DNA of 63,815 bases, the filler included, from Octopus bimaculoides (Eukaryota), in NCBI RefSeq assembly GCF_001194135.2. It is 8 parts of 7 records of this genome, joined end to end, with 100 filler letters (N's around TTAATTAATTAA, not from the genome) between each part and the next. Parts side by side here need not be neighbours in the genome. Positions count along the whole stretch, not along the records: positions 24,258 to 51,915 come from NC_068990.1; positions 52,016 to 57,339 come from NC_068986.1; positions 57,440 to 59,391 come from NW_026311697.1; positions 59,492 to 62,581 come from NC_069006.1; 4 more parts are not named here. One strand, written 5' to 3'. Made by a program: the position numbers and the translations under genes. Position 1 is the first letter of the stretch, and every line of letters begins with the position of its first letter. Of the stretch, positions 49,520 to 62,581 are shown one piece after another. The notes beneath the pieces are model-generated. The model saw only the letters and a list, made by a program, of their open reading frames with translations. It searched no databases and had not been told where the DNA came from.

Positions 49520-50475
49520 GTCTTTACATGCGGCATATGCACAAGTACATTAAACATCAGGAATGTACAGAAAATAGACTCTCTCAAATGTCAAGGGAGA
49601 TCTTTCAAAGAGAACAGTTTCCATTATTCAGGTGACCAAGTTAGTAGTGAGGGAAGTTATTCTGAAAGCATAGCTGCAAGAATAAGAGTAGACTGGGCGA
49701 AATTCAGAGAGCTACTACTTCTATCAGTAACAAAGGGCCTCTCCCTCAGAGTGAAAAGTAGACTCTATGATCCCTGTGTACAAACAGCCATGCTACATGA
49801 CAGTGGGACATGAGCTGTGACTACTGGAGATATGCAAAGGCTTGAAAGAAATGAAGCTAGCATGCTTTGCTGGATATGTAATATCAGTGTGCATATATGA
49901 CAGAGTGTAAGTGACTTGAGAGACAAATAGAGTATACAAGGCACTAGATGTAGTGTGCAAGAGAGAAGACTGCACTCGTATGGCCATGTAATGTGTATGA
50001 ATGAAGACAACTGCATCAAGAGGTGCGAATCTCTAATTGTAGAGGGAACATGTGGAAGGGTAGACCAGGAAGACTCAGGACGAAATGGTGAGAAAGGGTC
50101 TATGGATGTTGGGACTTACAGGAAGGATAACAGAAGACCAAGATTCCTGGCAGTTTGCTGTGCTTGAAAAGACACATCAAACTAAGTAAAAGCATGGTTG
50201 TCCTTGCATTCAGGTTGTTCTCTGCATCCTCTCCAGCTGAGCGTCCCTAACCTTGCAGGCTCATGGAGGTTTGTGCTAAGTAAAAAGCAACCATGACGGT
50301 GCTGTGTAAAAGCACCCTGTACACTCTGTAAAGGGATTAGCATTAGGAAGAGCATCCAGCCATTGAAATCATGCTAAAACAGATATGGAGCTTGGGCAGC
50401 TCTTCAGCTGGCTAGCTCCAATCAAACTGTCCAGCCCATGCCAGCATGGAAAACAGACATTAAATGATGATGATA
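49520..50475 (+). mobile_element. 5'-truncated RTE LINE 3' end with (ATG)n tail
   Basis: ARIRVDWAKFRELL, LSLRVKSRLYDPCVQTAMLH, QERRLHSYGHVMCM; homologous to 10795-11750 in opposite orientation. Confidence 0.88.
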
Positions 50476-50764
50476 TATACACACAATCAGATATATACAC
50501 ACAATCAGATATATACATGCACACATATATACATGCACACATATATACATACATATTATGTAAATGTGTGTGTGTGTGTGTGTGTGTGTTAAAACATTGG
50601 TTTTGATTGGAACTTTAGTCTTTGTCTGATGATTTAATCAGAGTGATTGAAATACACCCCAAGCAAACCTTAACAGCTTATTTCAGTCAGGAATAATATA
50701 ATTTTGCCATAAATTTTTTTTTTAAACCTCGTTCCATCAGTAAGAATTGTTTCATGACGAAAAT

Positions 50765-51146
50765 GCTTTGCTGAGAAAAACATCATTACTTTGATTTTTA
50801 AGTCTGCAAATCATTTCAAAATTTATCCTTTTCACAACTAACATGCTTCTGCATAGAGTAAATTTTGACTGATCTCACATCCTATATCCTGGGATAGTCT
50901 TGCAAATAAACAACTATTCAAACATAACTTGCAATTAAACTGTTAATGTTTAACTACATCTTGTATTGCTGCACTCAGCTTTAAAGAAATGTTTTTTAAC
51001 TATCAATGCTGCTTCATGATTCATACAGTTGGTGAATGCAGCAAGTGCATTACTGGCAGATTCAACTTTAGATTAAAATCCTACATGTTTTTCTTGAGAT
51101 TGCTGCTGTACAATCAGTACAAACATCAATACGGCTGTTCCATTTG
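50765..51146 (-). mobile_element. hAT Buster/Charlie transposase catalytic-core remnant (absent from the ORF track)
   Basis: Manual translation across frameshifts: W..RIDVCTDCTAAISRK, FTNCMNHEAALIVKK, IQDVVK, LNSCLFARLSQDIG, ILLYAEA; compare VCTDGAAAMTG, THCMIHREAL, LNSRLF, LLLHTEVRWL. Confidence 0.7.
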
Positions 51147-51862
51147 GGACCTACTTCCTGAAAAAATGGTCTACTTTAATGGAAACATCTTTCTTTGTTA
51201 TATATCTATATTATAATCAATCAAAAACAAAAACGAAAAAACACAGGAAGACTATACTATTTTCATACAAATATCTGAAAAATATCAATAGCTCAGCTGC
51301 ATTTCTGAAAATGGTTAATTCCCCAAGTTAAATTACAAATTTACTAACATCTTTTTATTTATGCTATTAGTTCCTCAAATTGTTTGCCATTAATTTTTGC
51401 AATTTTTTAAAAATATTTATTTTGCATCACTTGACAGTAATTTTATTTTTTATTTTGTTCACATAATCACAAGCATGGCTGTGTGGTTAAGAAGTCTGGT
51501 TTATAACCATGTGATATTGGGTTCAGTCCCACAGTATATCATCTTGGGAAAATGTCATCTATTAAAGCCCTGGGCCAACCAATGTCTTGTGAGCAAATTT
51601 GCTTGACAAAAATGACATAGGAAATTATCATATATGTATCAACATCATCAGTTTGACATCTACTTTTCTAATCTCCCATAGGATGGGCTGAGTTTATAGA
51701 GACACATTTTTCTATAGCTGGTCACCCTTCCTCTTGCCAACTTTTGCCCATTTCCAGTGGTAGACATGTTCTTCGCATGGCCAGAAATATTCACAGAATA
51801 ATGGAAATAAATGATGCCGCTTGTATGACAATGACAATCATTCGCAACTATCATATATATAC

Positions 51863-51915
<53 letters not shown>

Positions 51916-52374
51916 NNNNNNNNNNNNNNNNNNNNNNNNNNNNNNNNNNNNNNNNNNNNTTAATTAATTAANNNNNNNNNNNNNNNNNNNNNNNNNNNNN
52001 NNNNNNNNNNNNNNNGCCATTTAAGAAAGAGATAAATCAAGTAATTTATAAAGATCATTTCAAACAATATTGTCTTATTGTATAAATTTAAAATTTAAGG
52101 TAATCAAGAAGATTATTAAGGATTAAATTTTAACAAAAGGATAAAACTTCTTTGAATATTTTGAGTATATACCAAATTTTTACCACAATAGAGGGAGGAA
52201 AAGAAAATTGCAAAGAAAATAGTTTAATATTTATTTACTTATTACTTATCTAAATATTAACTTATTATATGGTTTCTATAGAGATTGATTAATTGGATTT
52301 ACCTGGTATTTAATATGGGAGTAACCGAGGTTAAAGAACATGCTAACTATATACTGATTTAATTAAATTGAACT

Positions 52375-52509
52375 GGCGCTGGCGTGGCTCTGTGACAAGA
52401 AGTTTGCTTCCCACCCACACGGTTCCAGGTTCAGTCCCACAGCATGACACCTTGAGCGAGTGTCTTCTGCTATGGTGTCGGGTCGGCCGAAACTTTGTGA
52501 GAGGATATA

Positions 52510-52510
<1 letters not shown>
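52375..52510 (+). mobile_element. SINE family A head and core (variant shared with 53125-53275)
   Basis: GGCGTGGCTCTGTGACAA...GGTTCAGTCCC...CCTTGAGCGAGTGTCTT. Confidence 0.75.
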
Positions 52511-52541
<31 letters not shown>

Positions 52542-52560
52542 CTTACATTCTCTCTCTTTT

Positions 52561-52591
<31 letters not shown>

Positions 52592-53523
52592 AAGGCTTCC
52601 GCACAGTACCCCTCAATAAAATGCACTCACTAATAATCAGTCAACGCCATAACGAGTGGCACAGTGGGATTTCACACGGAACTAAGTAGTTGTAGAATGA
52701 GTTTCTTAACGACAGTTACATACTGTGTAACTATCTATATACATGTGTGCGCGCGCGTGTGTCCGTGTGTTTGCGCATATATATGTATGTAGGAATGCAT
52801 ATATATATATCGAGAGAGAGAGTGGGGTAGAGAATTAAAAATATCACACACAAGTCAAGAGATATGTAAAAATAAGATGCGCTATTTCTTTTACATCACA
52901 ATATGTATTGAGAAACATGTATTGTGAAACATTAACACAATATACTTTACATATTCTAAATGACATATAATAACCAAAATACAGTACTACAATCAAACCG
53001 TTTCAAAATTACGCATTCCAGAGTCTATTTTTACATTCAAAGCATTTCAAAATGTATTATTGAACACTTGAAAACGCATAATTACGAAAATAAATACTTA
53101 GATATTCCAAAGTACATTAATAGGCGCCGGCGTGGCTCTGTGACAAAAAGTTTGCTTCCTACCCACACGGTTCCAGGTTCAGTATGACACCTTGAGCGAG
53201 TGTCTTTTGCTATGGTCTCGGGTCGGCCGAAACCTTGTGAGTGGATTTGGTTGACGAAAACTGAAAGAAGCTTGTCGGGCGGCTTTTAAGCTAGCTCCTG
53301 TGGAGGGCTCTTCGTTGGACCTTGAGCCGAATAATGACATTTCATGCATTGAGTACATATTAAATTTTATTAAACTTGAACAATATTTGTCAAGCAATGA
53401 ACAATTTTCATCAAAACAATGATATATGTCAACTTGGAACTTATTCCAAAGCTTCATGATAAACACTTTTTGCCTTCTCATTTGAGGGTGGGGGTGCGGT
53501 CAATACAGTTTTTTGTCTGTCTA

Positions 53524-53539
<16 letters not shown>

Positions 53540-53559
<20 letters not shown>

Positions 53560-53880
53560 GTTGATTGTTTTCAACCATCATCATCACCAGTACCACCACC
53601 ATCGCCACCACAACTGCCATACACACACACCATTCAGACTTCTGACACCACTACCATCAACATCTTTCACTTTGCTGCCTTCCCCTCCACCACCACCACC
53701 ACTGTCTTTCACATCCCTTACTATCACCATCATCACTGACCACCTCAGTTACCACCACCACTACCGTTGCCTCTGCCTCTATCACAACTACAGCTCATAC
53801 TATTACTATCAGCCCATTACCATCACAACCGTCAATCTACTACTGTCGTCACCGTCTCTATGCCTACTATTACTCTCACC
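53540..53880. repeat. (CT)n followed by a degenerate (CAC/CAT/TAC)n low-complexity tract
   Basis: Directly visible; yields H/T/P-rich spurious ORFs. Confidence 0.85.
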
Positions 53881-54169
53881 CCAGCAAATAGAGTAGAAGA
53901 AGTGTCATTGAATAGTGGGAGAGGGGTCAAAGTGTGACACGCTGACACACAAATATACATGTGTGTGTGTGTGTGCGTGTGTGCTTTCCACCACCTCTTG
54001 ACAACCGGTATAAGTGTGTTTATGTTCCCGTATGCCAGAAGTTCTGCGAAAGCGACCTATAGAATAAGTACCTGGCTTTAAAAAGATAAGTACTGCGATC
54101 GATTCTAGGCCGCCATGTAATGACTTACTCTTGGTGGAGTTGTTGTTCTTATCGTTTGGCATCTTTTAT

Positions 54170-54395
54170 TTTTTATGTATTTCAGTCATTAGACTGGAGC
54201 CAAGCTGGAGCACCACTTTGAAGAAATTTTCAGTCGAATAAACCGATACCTTACGTTCTTGCATATTTTCCAACTTGGTAAATATTCTATCGGTTTCTTT
54301 TCTCCAGCCTCTAGATTACAGGAGCGTAAACACACCAATACCGGTTTCACGCGGTGGTGGAGGACAAACACAGACACAAAGACACACAAACACGC

Positions 54396-54462
<67 letters not shown>

Positions 54463-54595
54463 TGATGGGTTACTTTCAGTTTCCGTCTACCAAATCCACT
54501 CACATGGCTTTGGTTGTCTCGAGGCTATAGTAGAAGACACTTGCCCAAGATACCTCGCAGTGGTACTGAACCCAGAACCATGTGGTTGGGAAATT
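54170..54595 (-). mobile_element. SINE family A with internal (GATA)n; tail-to-tail with a + strand 3' half at about 53950-54110
   Basis: Family A tail, core and B box visible. Confidence 0.82.
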
Positions 54596-54954
54596 AATTA
54601 ATCGCAAAGTATAACATTACAATCAAATTATTTCCAGATTACTATCAGAAGGAAAATAAAGCATTGTCCATACATAAAATCGGAGGGAAAGCCTTGAGCA
54701 TCAAATTGCATTTTCTTCTTATTAACACTTTCCATTCCATCCCTTTGAATTAACACCTTTGAATTCGATGTTTTATTCGAAACAAAAAAATAATAAAATC
54801 AGAAATAGTTAATGTTTTTGTTTTTTGCTTGTTTTTTATTGTTTTTTCTTTTGTTTTTTGGGGAGGGAGGTGATTTTCAAATTTTATCACAAAGCAACAA
54901 GGAAACATGGAATCCAATCAGCCTTTCGGTGATATGACTGTTTCTGCAACAATA

Positions 54955-55213
54955 GATGACAGGAGCACTCCATCAGTTACGACGACGAGGGTCCCAGCTG
55001 ATACGATCAACGGAACAGTTTGCTCGTGAAGTTAACGTGCAAGTGACTGAGTATTCCACAGACACGCGTACCCTTAACGTAGTTCTCAGGGAGATTCAGT
55101 GTGACACAGAGTGTGACAAGGCTGACCCTTTGAAATACAGGTACTACTCATTTTTACCAGCTGAGTGGACTGGAGCAACGTGAAATAAAGTGTCTTGCTC
55201 AAGGACACAACGC
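54955..55213 (-). mobile_element. SINE family C (central domain shared with D, different tail); head lost in a gap
   Basis: GTGTCCTTGAGCAAGACACTTTATTTCACGTTGCTCCAGTCCACTCAGCTGG on the - strand. Confidence 0.65.
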
Positions 55214-58200
55214 NNNNNNNNNNNNNNNNNNNNNNNNNNNNNNNNNNNNNNNNNNNNNNNNNNNNNNNNNNNNNNNNNNNNNNNNNNNNNNNNNNNNNNN
55301 NNNNNNNNNNNNNNNNNNNNNNNNNNNNNNNNNNNNNNNNNNNNNNNNNNNNNNNNNNNNNNNNNNNNNNNNNNNNNNNNNNNNNNNNNNNNNNNNNNNN
55401 NNNNNNNNNNNNNNNNNNNNNNNNNNNNNNNNNNNNNNNNNNNNNNNNNNNNNNNNNNNNNNNNNNNNNNNNNNNNNNNNNNNNNNNNNNNNNNNNNNNN
55501 NNNNNNNNNNNNNNNNNNNNNNNNNNNNNNNNNNNNNNNNNNNNNNNNNNNNNNNNNNNNNNNNNNNNNNNNNNNNNNNNNNNNNNNNNNNNNNNNNNNN
55601 NNNNNNNNNNNNNNNNNNNNNNNNNNNNNNNNNNNNNNNNNNNNNNNNNNNNNNNNNNNNNNNNNNNNNNNNNNNNNNNNNNNNNNNNNNNNNNNNNNNN
55701 NNNNNNNNNNNNNNNNNNNNNNNNNNNNNNNNNNNNNNNNNNNNNNNNNNNNNNNNNNNNNNNNNNNNNNNNNNNNNNNNNNNNNNNNNNNNNNNNNNNN
55801 NNNNNNNNNNNNNNNNNNNNNNNNNNNNNNNNNNNNNNNNNNNNNNNNNNNNNNNNNNNNNNNNNNNNNNNNNNNNNNNNNNNNNNNNNNNNNNNNNNNN
55901 NNNNNNNNNNNNNNNNNNNNNNNNNNNNNNNNNNNNNNNNNNNNNNNNNNNNNNNNNNNNNNNNNNNNNNNNNNNNNNNNNNNNNNNNNNNNNNNNNNNN
56001 NNNNNNNNNNNNNNNNNNNNNNNNAGGAGGCGGTGGAGGCGGAGGAGGAACGAAAGTCTAAAGACGAACCATATTTAAACGACTGTTAAACCTTTCCCGA
56101 GTCTCTTGCAACGTTGGGTTACTTTTAGTTTCTGGAGACTTTATTATCTCAGTTGGATTTCATCAGCACCCCTTTTCCCTTCAACCGGTGTAAACTAACA
56201 CTTTATTATTAATAATTTTCTTTTTTTTTCGCATCCTTTTTAATATCCTTCCAAACTTCTCTTCTACGTGATATATATCTATATAATATATAGATATATG
56301 CATATATCCATACATATATGTACATACCTACATTTATACGTATACATACATGCATACATGGGTACAGGACATTCTGGTTTCGTTTTTATGTTTTCGTTTC
56401 TCATTGTTTAACGTTTTTATTTTTATGTCCTGTACCCATATATGCATGTATGTATACATATAGATGTAGGTATGTACATATAAGTATGGATTTATGCATA
56501 TATTTATATACTATTTATATTATTATACGATCGAACGCCACGCATCCTTTTCCAAGTAAGTTTTATATATATATATATATTATCGACCCCAGTTGAGCAC
56601 TGGTAGCGATTCAACTGATCAGCACCCCCCACACAAACAATTTCAGGCTTTGTGCCTATTGTTAAAAGGATTACCATCATCTTCATCATCATCATCATCA
56701 TCATTAAAATAATTACCATTTGAGCACTGCGGTCGTTGATATCGACTAGTACCCCACCACTATCACCTCCAAAAAATTCAGGCCTTGTGCCTTTAGTAGA
56801 AAGGGTTGTTGTTGTTGTTGTTGTTGCTGTTGTTGTTGCTGCTGCTGCTGTTGTTGTTGTTCAAATGTGCCATAAACAGGTATTAAGCAAACAAGCAAAG
56901 ACGTGGAAAAACTATTGGTGCTGGTATATTTTGCCTGAGTGGAATCTGATAACGGTCTCATTCTCCCGTTCGTTTTACGTAAGCATGCTTCGCTGGAGAT
57001 AAATATATTATGTTCATTGTTAGGTTTTGTGCCGTTACATCATCTTACATGAGAGCAAATCAGATGTAGTCGTGCATCCTTCATTATTCTGACGGTTGTC
57101 GATATCGTTGCTAACGTCGTTTCAATCTATGTAAGAAGAGAAAAAAATGGCGACGATGGAGGCGAAGGAGGAGGAGGAGGAGGATACGAAGAGGGTGCGG
57201 AAGACGACGACGACGAGAATAATGATGTTGGTGGTGGTGGTGGTGGTGATGCTGGTGGTGGTGGTGGTGGTGCTGGTGGTGCTGGTGGTACTGGTGCTGG
57301 TGAACATGGGGTGGGGTTGATGATGATCTTGATCATGACNNNNNNNNNNNNNNNNNNNNNNNNNNNNNNNNNNNNNNNNNNNNTTAATTAATTAANNNNN
57401 NNNNNNNNNNNNNNNNNNNNNNNNNNNNNNNNNNNNNNNTACACACACATATTTGAGAGAATACACGGGATCTAATTTTAATATCAAAAGCACTCTATTA
57501 TAAGAAATAATACCAATACCCTTCATGCTCGAAATTACTATATATCAACTTTTAAAAGGTTAAAAGTATTTCAGTAGAAAAAAATAATAGTAATTGTGCA
57601 GGCGGCTTGAAGGGAAGTCGAACTCGGAATTACAAATTACCTACAACTCTACGACTTCCTCCAAAGCTGCTGGCTGAGAATTGGGTTGAAATTTTGTCTC
57701 ATAAACCTTTACACCTTTCCCTATCTTTATATTCACTCACGTATATACATACACACATATACACATAAACATATTTACACATGCACACACATTAAATGCA
57801 TTGTTGCCAACTGCGTGAAAATGTCTTCCAGATATTGTCTTCCCATGATGCATAATAGGGAGGCCGAAACAGTCCGGAAGAGGATTACAAAGAAAATACT
57901 CACAAAGTTCGCCTTATTGAGATCGATGGTTGAAAAGAATATATATNNNNNNNNNNNNNNNNNNNNNNNNNNNNNNNNNNNNNNNNNNNNNNNNNNNNNN
58001 NNNNNNNNNNNNNNNNNNNNNNNNNNNNNNNNNNNNNNNNNNNNNNNNNNNNNNNNNNNNNNNNNNNNNNNNNNNNNNNNNNNNNNNNNNNNNNNNNNNN
58101 NNNNNNNNNNNNNNNNNNNNNNNNNNNNNNNNNNNNNNNNNNNNNNNNNNNNNNNNNNNNNNNNNNNNNNNNNNNNNNNNNNNNNNNNNNNNNNNNNNNN

Positions 58201-59702
58201 NNNNNNNNNAAGGAGAAAAACACGGAGAGAAAAAAATTGGGGACAAAAAAATTTGAATGTTGTGGTCAGCGATCTATCATGGCGGCTGAAATTTATATAC
58301 ATATATCTGTAAATATATGTGTGAATTATTCGGTAGCCATGATAAATCTCCGAGTTTCTGATGACGGGGTAGAAACCCACTCTGGCATCTCTTCAGTTAT
58401 TGGGCCATCGAAAGACAAGCTATGCAAAAGACCGTTAAAACAAAAGGATATTAGTGTGAGATTGACCGTTATAAACGCAAAAGAGCTATTAGAATGACCG
58501 CTATTATGTCAAACACTCGTAAGTCCAAATATAGTCAATGTCTTTTATTGCAGTATTTATTTTTTTCTTTCAACAGGTGATACTTTTGGTGAAAATATCG
58601 CATTCCAGCTACTTCAGATGCCAAGATATCAAAAATTGTCAAAGTTATAATAAAAGAATTTGCTATGAAATGGTGCAAAACAGGAACGTTTTCTGCTTGC
58701 ATAATAGCAACAAACGCACATATATACACATACCGTTTCAGTGGCCTCCGTCGCTTTACTCGTGATAAGTTGTCTTTCATGTAAGTAAAAAAACTCTTCA
58801 TCGCTATTACAGTCCGGTGTTTAATACACTTCGCTCTTGGTATATTCATAGTGTAGTATTCCGTAAATTTTCTAAAGCAGACATACTGGCCTTTAACTTG
58901 CTAAATTTGCAGTGAGCATTGCCAAGAACAAACTATTATAAAACAAAATGCATTACTCTTCATACTCGAAATTACTATATATCAGCTATCGAAAGGAGGT
59001 GGTCAAACTCTGTTTAAGGTGTAGCCATACATATCAATGTTAACATATCAATGTAGAATGGTGCGCAGATTAATAAGGCAAATTTTAATGCTAGTTGCCA
59101 GCATGCTATTTTAATATAAATATTTCAGCTGTCGAGAATTGAACTTTTAATTGTGAGTTCGTTCAATATTATAATCGCTCGTTCAATTTTTATTTCACTT
59201 AAGATTTGTTTCTTTTGAAATATATTTTGCATAAAACTTTTCAGGACCAAATGGTAAAAATCTTTAATAATATTTTGAAATTATGGAAATATTTCGTTTA
59301 AACTCAACTAGCAAGATCTGTGAATATTTCTAGGAACTATTTATTGGTAAACCAATTGCGTAAACCAATATCTCAAAACTATAACCAAAAANNNNNNNNN
59401 NNNNNNNNNNNNNNNNNNNNNNNNNNNNNNNNNNNTTAATTAATTAANNNNNNNNNNNNNNNNNNNNNNNNNNNNNNNNNNNNNNNNNNNNAGTTAAAAA
59501 AATCCTGACGAGACCTACTTTACTTTTCTTCCTTCTGGGGGTGGGGGAATCAATAAAAAGTCTAAGGCAGTGGGTTGGTGGAACTCTTTAAGAAAATCAG
59601 ACGAAAAAATGCCTTGACATTTGTTCTAGTTCTTTGTGTTCTGAGTTCAAATCCTGCAATTGCCTATTTGGGCTGTAGATGTTACCTGCATCCAGTTGTT
59701 TA

Positions 59703-60236
59703 ATGCCATCACCAAACTTTTTCACAGCGGGCCAGATAATTGAGAGAATGACGAGTGCTGGCCACATAACCATTTTGTTCAATACAATACAGTGAATACA
59801 CAAAAAATAAAGACAAGCAACATATTTATTTATCAAAAAGTTATCAAATAAAGGTGATGCTTGCAATAAGATAGTTATATCACACTCAGTACGCACACAT
59901 CTGGATCTCACAAACTAAGCAGCAAAAAAGGTTGGTGGGATTTGGTGTTTAGCTGTTAAGATATCATCAATATTTGCTTTGGCATTGCTGCATCCGACCA
60001 AGAGAATTGCTTTCAAATGTTCATCAGTCAACCTTGTTCGATAGGCTGACTTCACATTCTTTATAATTGAAAATGTTTGCTCACAGACATAAGTTGTTCC
60101 AAACACTGATGCTATGCCAGAGGCAAATGAACTCTCATTGCAGGTACTTACACAAAAGGTGCAGTACAGTGGCAGGCCGGATAAACTGACTTTGAGTACC
60201 TGATCTGGCCCGCAGGCTGTAGTTTGGTGACCCCAG
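59703..60236 (-). mobile_element. Internally deleted hAT element (SPIN/GTF2IRD2-like) with both ends and the dimerisation-domain remnant
   Basis: FGTTYVCEQTFSIIKNVKSAYRTRLTDEHL is the hATC motif. Inverted terminal motifs TCACCAAACT (59709, 60230) and GCGGGCCAGAT (59727, 60213). No clear 8-bp TSD. Confidence 0.85.
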
Positions 60237-60566
60237 CCCTGGCATATTGGATATCTTTAAAAGAATCCATCCTGGTGCAAGCTTCTGGATCAAACCTTCA
60301 ATTTGAAAAAAAACTCCATCAGTCCCTTCTACAAGGCTCAGGGCCCCTGAAAAGGGGCATGGATAATGCCTTCCTTCCTGATAAAAAAATAATAATAATA
60401 AAGTAGCAGTAACTTTGCAAACATCGACATAAATTCAACATGATTTTTTAACTTTTTTTTTCCATCCAGAAAGTAAAACTACTGAAGTTGACAAAAATCA
60501 TCATTTGCCGGAAACTCAATAATCAAACAAAAGTGAAAGATCCAGATTGTTTTCTTTGAAATATAA

Positions 60567-60750
60567 TTCTTTCTAATTTTGGTACAAGGCCAGCAATTTT
60601 GAAGAGAAGCGGTGGTGGGGGTAGTCGATTACATTGACCCCAGTACTCAACCGGTGCCTATTTCGTCTCAGCAGAATTTGAATTCAGAACATAAAACTGG
60701 AAGAAATTCCCTCTAAGCATTTTGTCTGGTAGTCTAACAATTCTCCCAGT
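60567..60750 (-). mobile_element. SINE family B
   Basis: TTTGGTACAAGGCCAGCAATTTT...GACCCCAGTACTCAACCGGT...GCAGAATTTGAATTCAGAAC, with a partial core deletion. Confidence 0.72.
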
Positions 60751-61319
60751 TTGTCACATTTTTTCTTTGAAATTATGAAAATGATACATGGTTGATGTTA
60801 GGTTGTCTGCAAAGGAAAACAGGGTAACAGGGACTGCTTGCTTATGGCAACCAGTCAGTGGCGTTGCTAGAATGGGGCAACCCATTAATTTGAGACCCAA
60901 CCCATTTGGGCTTCCAAGCCTAAGTAGGCTTATACAGCAGACTCAAACACATTGCCCTGAGTGAACTGCCTCCTGTTGCTGTAACAAGGTGTAAAGATAC
61001 TGAAGATTCAGTATACACCATGTGGCAAAATTATGACTTGAAAATATATGTAAAAAAAATATAACAAGTGGAAGAGAAATGCCTTCTTTTCATATAGTTT
61101 AATATCTTTTTATAAATATATGCATATTATATGGATGTCGTGAAATCCAACTGGTTTTTGCTGTTTAAATTAGCTTTTCAAGGGACATTGTACAGTTATC
61201 AGTTCTCGAGACAGAGGGGTTTCGTCATTTTGGATGGTTGAAGAATAAGAAGAATGAGTTTAGAGAGTGAACCAAGGGGGCAAGGGGGACAACTAGCTCC
61301 TTAGTAGAATTTTTTTTTA

Positions 61320-61615
61320 AATGGTCAAAGTTGTCCTTAGTGTGTTTGTGTCCAATTTCTTGGCATGTTTAATTCCATGTTCTATAAGTGTAGGTGAGTA
61401 TTGATGTTCAATGAGTGTTATTTTGAGTTCTTCTAGGCGAAGTTCCCGAGTGGTTGTGTCAGATATAATTGTAGAGATCCTTTTTGCTAGATTGAATGGG
61501 ATATTTATTTTGGTGTGTTTAGGATGGCATGAACTGAAGAGGAGATACTGTTTTGAGTCTGTCGGTTTGAAGTAAATGTCGGTTGCAATTTGGTTGTTGG
61601 ACTTTTTTAAAAGAC
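61320..61615 (-). mobile_element. Penelope-like element RT thumb/linker fragment (no ATG, absent from the ORF track)
   Basis: Stop-free stretch of about 97 codons: TDIYFKPTDSKQYLLFSSCHPKHTKINIPFNLAKRISTIISD..RELRLEELK..L....Y...LIEHGI, a typical PLE motif set. Confidence 0.85.
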
Positions 61616-62102
61616 ACAGGCCAGCATATTAAAATACCTTTTAAGGTGAAAATTATAAATAAGGGCAAAAGAAAAAACTTCTGTGCCAATATATATAGTT
61701 AATTCGGGGAAGTTATATCCTCATTAGAAATTATATGATCCAAGATATTCTACACCATATGATGCAAAAGTCACTAGTATAGGTTAAGGATTATTGAAAT
61801 TTTATTTTATCAATATTGAAGGAAAAAAGAAATGGGGAAAAAAATAGATGTATAGAGAATTTATTTGTATTCTTTAAAAAAACATAACAGTACAAATAAA
61901 TTGGTTCCAAAGCTCATATCATATCATATGATACCTTCCTTAGCATTTAACCAAATGCTTGGGAATTCTGATCAGCTTGGTGATAGGACAGAAACATATA
62001 TGTAGGTTCCTTTATTTCATTTTTTCCGAGCTTTACAATTTGTAATCAATTTATTTGTACTGTTATGTTTTTTAAAAGAAATTTTCATCATTTTATAACA
62101 TA

Positions 62103-62581
62103 CTAGCAGAGATACCCAGCGTTGCCTGTGTTACATGCAATTGAAGAATGAGACTTTTCTGTTATATTTTCTGTAAGGAACTGGAATACATATGATTCGA
62201 ATTTCATGAAAATTGCACATGAGGGTTCTTTCTCTCTTTACGCACCCGAAAAAATTCTAATCATGAAACATGTATCCCATACTATTGATCTTTATGCGCA
62301 TATTCCAAAATTTCAGTCTTCTGGAACCTGTAAAAAGGATTTTGCTCCTGAAAAATGGAGCTCGTGGAGCTCTAAAATGTAGGAATGAAGGCCCCTATTG
62401 GGGGTGGGTGTGTTAATGTCAACCAGAGAAGTTGAATTGTTGGGAATGTTTTTAACTTGGGTCTTATGGTATGCTTGTATATATGTGAGAGTATAGTCTC
62501 ACTTTAATAGTTTCAGTATGAAATTGAAAGTATTAAAGTGAAAGTATCTGACATTACAGTAGAGTGATGTTATTGTTTCAC
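62103..62581 (-). mobile_element. Non-autonomous Helitron 3' portion
   Basis: The - strand ends ACAGGCAACGCTGGGTATCTCTG-CTAG|T, the same hairpin and CTAG terminus as at 41613. Confidence 0.65.

Noticed and set aside
57120-57339. Poly-P, poly-V and poly-E ORFs in a GC-rich tract
   Set aside because: Concatenated trinucleotide repeats open in several frames; no splice or homology support.
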